Assembly (NCBI GenBank): GCA_943332615.1
Contig: CALQQB010000015.1
Span: 3,238-67,237, forward strand
Direction: 5' to 3'
DNA from: Phenylobacterium deserti
GTDB lineage: Bacteria > Pseudomonadota > Alphaproteobacteria > Caulobacterales > Caulobacteraceae
DNA: 64,000 nucleotides
The first letter of the stretch is position 1; each line of letters opens with the position of its first letter. Positions 57,771 to 64,000 of the stretch are shown here, piece after piece. The translations under genes were made by a program, and so were the position numbers. The notes beneath the pieces are model-generated. The model had not been told where the DNA came from. It saw nothing but the letters and a program-made list of their open reading frames with translations, and did not search any database.

Positions 57771-58609
57771 TATCTGCGCCGGGTGTTGCGAAGCTCTTCC
57801 CACTGCTCGTCGGTGCGCTCCAGCAGGTCCTCCACGCCGGAGTTGCGCAGGTGGCGTCCGCCGTCGATCGCGACCATCTCGCCGTTGATGTAGGAGGCCT
57901 CGTCGGAGATCAGATAGGCGGCGAGGTTTGCCAGCTCCGGCGGCCGGCCGGAACGCTCCAGGCTGTTGTCCGAGGCTTCTTCCCCGCCGGCCTGGCCTTC
58001 CTTCAGGCGCGCAAGGAAGCCCTCGGTGGCGAAGCGGCCGGGTGCGATGGCCACCAGCCGGATGCCGCGCGAGGCCCACTCCACCGCAAGGCTGCGGGTC
58101 ATGGCCAGGACCCCGGACTTGGCGATGCCGGTGGGGATCTGGAAGGCGCGGCCGGTCATGGTCGAGGTCGAGAGGATCGACACCACCACGCCGCCCCGGC
58201 GCTTTCCCTCGATCCAGCGACGTCCCACTCCCAGCGTGCAATAGATCGAGCCGTGCAGGCTGGCGGCCAGCACCGCGTCCACCGCCCGGTTCGACAAGTG
58301 CTCGGTCTGGGCGATGAACAGCGCGCCTGCGTTGTTGATCAGCACGTCCAGCGGTCCGGCGGTCCAGATGGCGTCGAGCATCCCCTCCACCGCGTCCGGT
58401 ATGCGGATGTCGCACGCCAGCACGTCGACGCTCGCCCCGTGGCGCTCGCGGATCGCCTTGGCGGTTTCCTCTAGCACCTCCAGCCGCCGGCCGCAGATCA
58501 CCAGGTGAGCGCCAAGCTCGGCGAAGCGTTCGGCCATGGCTGCGCCCAGGCCCGTGCCGCCGCCGGTGACCAGCACCTTCTTCCCTCTGAGCAGTCCGGG
58601 CGCGAACAT
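57770..58609 (-). CDS. SDR family oxidoreductase
   Basis: VLVTGGGTGLGAAMA, NNAG. The start ATG shares one nt with the upstream gene's stop (TGATG), and the stop shares one nt with the RidA GTG. Confidence 0.9.
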   Translation of the reverse strand: MFAPGLLRGKKVLVTGGGTGLGAAMAERFAELGAHLVICGRRLEVLEETAKAIRERHGASVDVLACDIRIPDAVEGMLDAIWTAGPLDVLINNAGALFIAQTEHLSNRAVDAVLAASLHGSIYCTLGVGRRWIEGKRRGGVVVSILSTSTMTGRAFQIPTGIAKSGVLAMTRSLAVEWASRGIRLVAIAPGRFATEGFLARLKEGQAGGEEASDNSLERSGRPPELANLAAYLISDEASYINGEMVAIDGGRHLRNSGVEDLLERTDEQWEELRNTRRR

Positions 58610-59916
58610 CAGAGCATCATCTCGCGGCGGCGCTCATGGGCGGGGATCACCCGTTGCTCGATGAAGTCGACCATCAGCCGGCGCATCTTGTCCTCGTCCC
58701 AGGTGTTGGCGTTCACCGGATCGACCGGCAGGGCCAGCGTCGGGACCCCGTTCTCGTTCAGCATTCGGGCGATGAACTTCATGCCCCGCCCGGACTCGAT
58801 CTGCAGGGCGCCGGAAATACGGAAGGTCTCGGCCTCCCAGGTGTGCCAGCTGCTTGACCAGGGCGGGATGTGCATCTGGCGGTTGAAGCTGGAGTAGCGG
58901 CTGCCCAGCGTGCGGATTGGGTCCTGCAGGCCGTAGCGGAGATAGCCGTCGCAGAGGAAGCCCAGGTAGTTCGACCGGGCGAAGACCACGCCGTGGCTCT
59001 CCTCGAACTTGGAGAAGAAGTCCATCTGCTGCCAAAGCCCCGCGCCGATGTACATCAGCCGGTACTTCTCGTTTTCGCAGACCCACTGCTTGTTCTCGAC
59101 GCGGGCCTTCACCTCGTCGCGGAAGGCCTGGGCCTGGGCCAGCGCCCACTCGCTGCCGCGGTGCCAGTTGATGCCGAGGATCTGGCTCATCACCTCCTCG
59201 ATGCGCACCGGCAGCTTGGGCGCGGTGCGGATGAGGTTGCGGACCTCCTCGAAGCATTCCTCCTGCCTGTTCACCCGGTCCACGAACTCGCGCAGACGGT
59301 CGTAGTCGAGTTTCTTGCCGGCGATCTTCTCGCAGGCCGCGATCAGTGGCTGGTACTGGGCGGCCATCACGTCGATGCGCTCGGTCCCGTCCAGGTCTTC
59401 CCAGGCGTGGCGCGACATCTGCCACCAGTTTGGATAGAGCTTGCGCGCCGCGGGCACCTCGATGCCGATGTAGGGCACGCCCCAGTGCTCGGCGAGCACC
59501 TCACCCGAGCGGTCGTTCAGGTTGCCGGTGACGAGTTGGGCCGGGGGGATACCCCCCCAGGCCTTGTCGTCGTGCTCTTCGTGCATGACCACGGCCAAGG
59601 TCAGGGCCGCGTAGCGCGAGAGCCCTGCGTGGAAGCCGCGCTCGGTGAGGAAGTCGTCGTAGAGCCCGGACTGGCGCCGCGCGGCGACCATGCCAGAGTA
59701 CCAGACGTCGGTGACGAAATGGATGTCGAGGGCCTCGAAAATCTCGTGCGGGATGTTGGGGCCGCTGATCGCGAAGGGCTCGCCCCCGTCGATGACCCGG
59801 GTGCGCAAGTCCGCGAACCACTCGCGCTGATGCGCGCGCAGCGTCTTGGTGACTTCGAGGACCGAGAGATCGACGCGGGCCGGCCGTGGGGCCGGTGTCG
59901 CCGTGGTGGTGGTCAT
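58609..59916 (-). CDS. 2-hydroxyacyl-CoA dehydratase (HGD-D) family protein, Cys-poor
   Basis: Family hallmarks AISGPNIPHEIFEALDIHFV near the N-terminus and NGVPTLALPVDP near the C-terminus. 435 aa from MTTTTATP; GGGAGA SD. Confidence 0.75.
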   Translation of the reverse strand: MTTTTATPAPRPARVDLSVLEVTKTLRAHQREWFADLRTRVIDGGEPFAISGPNIPHEIFEALDIHFVTDVWYSGMVAARRQSGLYDDFLTERGFHAGLSRYAALTLAVVMHEEHDDKAWGGIPPAQLVTGNLNDRSGEVLAEHWGVPYIGIEVPAARKLYPNWWQMSRHAWEDLDGTERIDVMAAQYQPLIAACEKIAGKKLDYDRLREFVDRVNRQEECFEEVRNLIRTAPKLPVRIEEVMSQILGINWHRGSEWALAQAQAFRDEVKARVENKQWVCENEKYRLMYIGAGLWQQMDFFSKFEESHGVVFARSNYLGFLCDGYLRYGLQDPIRTLGSRYSSFNRQMHIPPWSSSWHTWEAETFRISGALQIESGRGMKFIARMLNENGVPTLALPVDPVNANTWDEDKMRRLMVDFIEQRVIPAHERRREMML

Positions 59917-60076
59917 ATCCGCCGTCTCCCGAGGTCCCGCCGCGCAGCGCCCGGAGCGCCAGCAGGCCCTGGCGGACGCTAGTCCAAGACCGGGCATCTA
60001 GACAATAGTCGTTATGGTCTATATTCAATTTGCAAGAGCGGCGCCGCAAGAAGGCTGCCAGACCTAGGGAGATCGC

Positions 60077-61159
60077 ATGGCCACAGGACGCTCCGCCAGG
60101 GCCGCCACGACCGGCGTGCTAGGTTATGTCGGCGGGCCGTTCCCCTCCGAGATCGCGTTGGCGTTCGGGCTGTCGCCGAAGCTCCTGAGCGTCGATCCCA
60201 AGCCCAGCAGCGACGCGCCGTCGGAGGAGTTCCTGGACGACAAGGAGGACGCCGAGATCCGCTCGGTGTTCGGCCGCGCGATGCTGGGTGAACTGGCCGT
60301 CGACGCCTTGGTGGTGACGCGCCGCCACGACCACCTCTATTACTTCCTCAAGGAGTGCCAGCGGCTGGGCGCGGCCCCGGAACTACCGCCCTTCCACATC
60401 CTCGACATCATGCAGATGCAGACCGGGGTGGCGGAGGACTACAATGCCTTCGGTCTCAACGCCCTGGCCGCCTTCCTGGCGCGAACCACAGGCCGCGCGC
60501 TGGATGGCGGGCGGCTTGCCGAGGCGGTGCATCTCGGAAACCTTCGCCGGACCGCGCTGCTGAATCTCGAGGACCTGCGCCGTTCGGGCGAGGTTTCGGG
60601 GGCGGCGGCCTTTGCGATGATCGCCGAGGGCCTGACCACTGATCCGGTGGCCCACACGGCCGCCCTGCAGGCGTTTTGCGCATCCCCGCCCAAGGGCGCG
60701 GTGACGCCCCGCGTGCTGCTGGTCACCTCGCACGCGCTCGGCGACGCGCGGCTTCACGAGGCGGTGGAGGCGGCGGGCGTTACGGTCGTCGCCGAGGAAG
60801 ACGGCTCGGGCCGGCACAACCCCATGGGCCTGATCCCGGAGAGCGGCGATCCGCTGGCGGAGGTCGCCAGGTTCTACGCCGAGAACTGCCCCTCCGTGGT
60901 GGCCTATCCGCGCGCCGCGCGCGACGCCTATATCCGCCGCCGGCTGGGCGAGGGCGGCATTGCCGCGGTGGTTTTCTGCATCACCCCCACCGACCAGCTG
61001 TTCGGCTGGGACTACCCGGCGCTCAAGGCGAGCCTGGACGCCGAGGGGCTGCCCTCGCTGCGCGTGCTGGCCGATCCCGGACAGCCCCAGGAATGCGACG
61101 CGATCCGCGCCGCCGTGGCCGGGTTCGTCGCAGAACACCTGGCTGTCCCAAGCCGGTAA
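60077..61159 (+). CDS. 2-hydroxyacyl-CoA dehydratase (HGD-D) family protein, second subunit-like
   Basis: VLGYVGGPFPSEIALAFGLSP, VVFCITPTDQLFGW, EGLPSLRVLADP; 360 aa. Divergent from the first. Confidence 0.7.
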   Translation: MATGRSARAATTGVLGYVGGPFPSEIALAFGLSPKLLSVDPKPSSDAPSEEFLDDKEDAEIRSVFGRAMLGELAVDALVVTRRHDHLYYFLKECQRLGAAPELPPFHILDIMQMQTGVAEDYNAFGLNALAAFLARTTGRALDGGRLAEAVHLGNLRRTALLNLEDLRRSGEVSGAAAFAMIAEGLTTDPVAHTAALQAFCASPPKGAVTPRVLLVTSHALGDARLHEAVEAAGVTVVAEEDGSGRHNPMGLIPESGDPLAEVARFYAENCPSVVAYPRAARDAYIRRRLGEGGIAAVVFCITPTDQLFGWDYPALKASLDAEGLPSLRVLADPGQPQECDAIRAAVAGFVAEHLAVPSR

Positions 61160-61316
61160 AGGGCGTTCCGTCCCCGCCGGTCCACATGGTTCTTCGGCAC
61201 TGGGGTATACATACAACCTATATGGTCTTTGTGCCTGTGCGCGGTTATGCTGCGACGAAGGCCACATGAGCGGCGCGCGCTGAGATAGTGGCCGAGGGTA
61301 GATAGGGAGAGCGGTC

Positions 61317-61730
61317 TTGCTCAGACGGAGCCTCGTAATAGCCATAGCCGCGGGCGCCACGTTCGCCGGCCCCGCGCTGGCGCACCATTCCTTCGCCATG
61401 TTCGATCGCACGAAGTCGGTGATGATCGAGGGCACGGTCCGCGAGTTCCAGTGGACCAATCCCCACAGCTGGATCCAGGTCGTCGTACCGAACGGCAAGG
61501 GCGGCACGGCGGAATGGAGCATCGAGTGCGGCAGTCCGAACATGATGTCCCGCCAGGGCTGGAACAGCCACGTGCTGAACCCCGGCGACAAGGTGGGCCT
61601 GGTGATGCACCCGATGCGCGACGGATCGCCGGCCGGCAGCCTGGTCAGTGTCACCCTAAAGGACGGCCGCGTCCTTGGTCCGGGCGGCGCGCCGGCGCCG
61701 ACGACCGGAAACGCACCGCCGCCGAAATGA
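61317..61730 (+). CDS. DUF6152-like small secreted protein
   Basis: TTG start, SD AGGGAGAG. Signal ...AGPALA then HHSFAMFD. Motifs GTVREFQWTNPHSW and WSIECGSPN. Confidence 0.8.
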   Translation: MLRRSLVIAIAAGATFAGPALAHHSFAMFDRTKSVMIEGTVREFQWTNPHSWIQVVVPNGKGGTAEWSIECGSPNMMSRQGWNSHVLNPGDKVGLVMHPMRDGSPAGSLVSVTLKDGRVLGPGGAPAPTTGNAPPPK

Positions 61731-62542
61731 GCGCGCTTCGCAAGACCCGCTGCGCCCTCGCAGCCCTGCTGGCGGCCGCGGCGTTCGCCGGCGGCGCCGT
61801 ACCGAAGGCCCTGGCGCAGTCGCAGCCGACGCCGGCCAACCTCGACATCACCGGCGTCTGGATCGGCATCCGCGACGATCCGAAGGCGCCCTACAAGAAC
61901 ACCCCGCTGAAGGACCCGCCGCTCACGGCCGCCGGCCTGAAGGCGTCGGCATACTGGAACGAGCCGCGCAACAACCTGGGCGCCCGATGCCTGCCGGGCG
62001 GCGGGCCCGCCGGCCAGATGAACGGCAGCACCTTCTTCCCGATCGAGACCATCCAGAAGAACGGTCAGATCACCATCCTCTATGAGCTGATGCAGCAGGT
62101 CAGGCGGGTCTTCACCGACGGTCGAGGCCATCCGCCGGCCAACGAGCTGGACGAGAGCTGGATGGGCCACTCGATCGGCCATTGGGAGGGCGACACGCTG
62201 GTCGTCGATACCATCGGCATGCACCAGGGACCGCTCAACGGCAGCGGCGCGGCGGTGATCGCACAGAGCGGCGACAGCGATCCGCGCTGGCCCTATTCGA
62301 ACAAGCTGCATCTCACCGAGCGGTTGCGCATGCTGGACGGCGGCAAGTACCTCGAGACCACCATGACGCTGGACGATCCGGCGATGTACACGCGCCCGTT
62401 CACGCTGAAGCGCTACTGGCGGCGCGCGCCGGAGCTCACGCCGATTGAGTACGTCTGCGCGGAGAACCAGCGCTCGGCCGACGAAGGTTATGCGCACCTG
62501 GTTGAAGAGAAGCCGGCGGCGGCCGGGACCAAGCCCAAATAA
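61727..62542 (+). CDS. secreted hypothetical protein, paralogue C of the WxGxSxGxWEGDTLVV family
   Basis: The ATG overlaps the upstream stop (ATGA). Signal MSALRKTRCALAALLAAAAFAGGA. Motifs LDITGVW, ARCLPGG, WMGHSIGHWEGDTLVVDTIG, ERL, YVCAEN. Confidence 0.8.
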   Translation: MSALRKTRCALAALLAAAAFAGGAVPKALAQSQPTPANLDITGVWIGIRDDPKAPYKNTPLKDPPLTAAGLKASAYWNEPRNNLGARCLPGGGPAGQMNGSTFFPIETIQKNGQITILYELMQQVRRVFTDGRGHPPANELDESWMGHSIGHWEGDTLVVDTIGMHQGPLNGSGAAVIAQSGDSDPRWPYSNKLHLTERLRMLDGGKYLETTMTLDDPAMYTRPFTLKRYWRRAPELTPIEYVCAENQRSADEGYAHLVEEKPAAAGTKPK

Positions 62543-62577
62543 GGGCCGGTCGGCCGCATGACTCCCAGGAGGCGCTG

Positions 62578-63235
62578 ATGCCCGGCCTCGTCTGCCATCC
62601 CGAGCCGCCGGCGCACCGCGTGGTGTGCGGCTGCGGAGTCAGCCGCCGGGGCGTCTTCGCGGGACTGGCCGACGGGGGTCGTCACCCTGTCGGCAGGCGC
62701 CGCCAGCACGGCGGCCAAGGTGGGCCGGATTGATGTCCACCATCACATCTTCCCGCCGCAGTTCCTGAAGGAGGCGCCGGCCTCCGCCAACTCCTACCGG
62801 ACCAACCCGAAGATCAACGGCTGGAGTCTGGAGCGCAGCCTGCGGGATCTCGACGACAATGGCGTCGACAAGGCGATCCTGTCATTCCCGCAGCCTTCGC
62901 AATGGTCGCTGGCGGTGAGTGAACAGCGGCGCCTGGCGCGGTTCTGCAACGACTTCTTCGCCCAGGTGGTGCGCGATCGGCCCTCTCGGTTCGGGCTCTT
63001 TGCCGGCCTGCCGCCGCTCAGCGACGCCGACGGTTGCCTGGCCGAGATCGACTATGCCTTCGGCGCCCTGAAGGCCGACGCGCTGCGGCTGATGAGCTCC
63101 TACCAGGACGTCTGGCTGGGCGATAAGCGCTTCGCCCCGGTGATGGACGAGATCAACCGGCGCGCGGCGGTCGTATTCGTCCACCCGGACGCGGCGGTCT
63201 GCTGCCGCAACCTGATGCCGAGCTTGCGGCAGTAG
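62578..63235 (+). pseudogene. amidohydrolase-2 (ACMSD-like) family, Tat-signal frame break and 3' truncation
   Basis: ATG 62578 with CCAGGAGG SD encodes ...VSRRGVFAGLADGG. After the G5 run (62674-62678) the homologous frame shifts to VVTLSAGAASTAAKVGRIDVHHHIFPP... The ORF stops after VFVHPDAAV, about half the family length. Confidence 0.65.
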
Positions 63236-63279
63236 GGATGTTTCGTTGTGATGATAAACTAATCTGGATGGGAACTAAC

Positions 63280-63307
63280 TTGACGCCCCGAGTTGGGGCT
63301 CTAGCAT
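63280..63307 (+). promoter_or_regulatory. possible promoter for the CoA-transferase gene
   Basis: TTGACG-N16-TAGCAT in the low-GC junction that follows the truncated amidohydrolase. Confidence 0.25.
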
Positions 63308-63373
63308 CGCGGCGGGCGCATGGCGCCTGCAAGATCCGGTCACCGGACGCTCGACCAGGAGGAAGCCAGACCG

Positions 63374-64000
63374 ATGAAGGCGCTCGAAGGACTGGTGGTC
63401 CTTGATCTCACCCATGCGCTGGCGGGGCCGTTCTGCACCTATCATCTGGGCCTGCTGGGCGCGGACGTGGTGAAGATCGAGAAGCCCAAGATCGGCGACG
63501 ACTTCCGCGATTTCGCGCGCCAGCCCGGCTGGGAAGTCAGTCCCTCGTTTATCGCCGTCAACGGCGGCAAGCGCTCGATCTCGGTCAACCTGAAGAGCTC
63601 CGAGGGCAAGGAGATTGTCCGCAAGCTGGCGGCCCGCGCCGACGTGGTTGTCGAGAACCAGCGTCCCGGCGCCGTGGCGGAGCTGGGGCTCGGCTGGGAC
63701 GACCTGAAGAAGATCAACCCCAAGCTCATCTACTGCTCGCTCTCAGGCTTCGGCCAGGATGGGGAGATGAGCCGCTGGCCGGCCTACGACCACACCATCC
63801 AGGCGATGTCCGGCATGGCCTGGACCGGCGAGGACGACGACACCCCCGCGCAGGGCCGCGGCTTCAGCATCGACTGCTTCTCCGGCTACGTGGCGTTCTC
63901 CTCGATCCTGGCCGCCCTGGTGCGCCGCGAGCGGAGCGGGGAGGGTCAGTTCCTGGACGTCGCCATGCTGGATTCCAGCATGCTGCTGATGGGCGTGGGG
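63374..64000 (+). CDS. family III (CaiB/BaiF) CoA-transferase, partial (runs off the window)
   Basis: MKALEGLVVLDLTHALAGPFCTYHLGLLGADVVKIEKPKIGDDFR. N-terminus nearly the same as the 39017-40156 paralogue. AGGAGGA SD. Confidence 0.9.
   Translation, partial: MKALEGLVVLDLTHALAGPFCTYHLGLLGADVVKIEKPKIGDDFRDFARQPGWEVSPSFIAVNGGKRSISVNLKSSEGKEIVRKLAARADVVVENQRPGAVAELGLGWDDLKKINPKLIYCSLSGFGQDGEMSRWPAYDHTIQAMSGMAWTGEDDDTPAQGRGFSIDCFSGYVAFSSILAALVRRERSGEGQFLDVAMLDSSMLLMGVG

Noticed and set aside
59985-61235. Shared TATGGTCT 8-mer in the two AT-rich promoter regions flanking HGD-D gene B (about 60013 and 61223)
   Set aside because: A single 8-mer shared by two AT-rich patches could be coincidence. There is no extended palindrome common to both.
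60383-62497. 704-aa ORF on the minus strand across the HGD-D B, DUF6152-like and paralogue C genes
   Set aside because: It crosses three plus-strand genes that have SDs, signal peptides and family motifs. The product has no motifs and is Arg/Gly/Ala-rich.

Overview
This is a high-GC chromosomal segment, roughly two-thirds G+C by hand count of a few lines. Its gene content looks alphaproteobacterial and Caulobacterales-like, but that is inference only. I can support about 60 protein-coding genes, one tRNA (anticodon CAU), several pseudogenes or remnants, two short palindromic repeat elements, one IS630-family remnant and a handful of candidate regulatory sites. There is no rRNA and no CRISPR.

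The left half is mainly housekeeping and signalling. It holds an lrp plus ior-like pair, a DEXH helicase-pdeM DNA-damage pair, a 7TMR-DISM/GAF/PAS nucleotide cyclase, a CYP153-type P450, dnaG-rpoD and panD.

A degraded integrase sits immediately after the tRNA at 37.6 kb. It is followed by an aromatic and CoA-ester catabolic stretch: Tat-EthD plus CoA-transferase, marR, lysR-P450, pobR-pobA, ALDH-gentisate dioxygenase-FAH hydrolase, gntR, an RraA-like gene, a thioesterase and an MFS transporter. Next come an IS630 remnant, a TonB-dependent receptor and a cluster built around two divergent 2-hydroxyacyl-CoA-dehydratase-family genes.

The most noteworthy observations are:
1. The HGD-D-family pair appears to lack the usual Fe-S cysteines and has no activase in the window.
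2. A secreted two-gene cassette recurs in the window: a DUF6152-like small protein whose predicted mature N-terminus is His-His, plus a roughly 270-350 aa partner. There are three full partner paralogues and one deleted remnant.
3. A palindromic MITE-like element is inserted in frame inside the repair helicase.
4. A secreted protein is made of three tandem RidA domains and carries two frameshifts.
5. A lower-GC trio of lipoprotein and small genes has no recognisable family.

Several frame disruptions could be real decay or homopolymer sequencing errors. No classical defence system was seen. All family calls come from motif recognition by eye, not from database searches.
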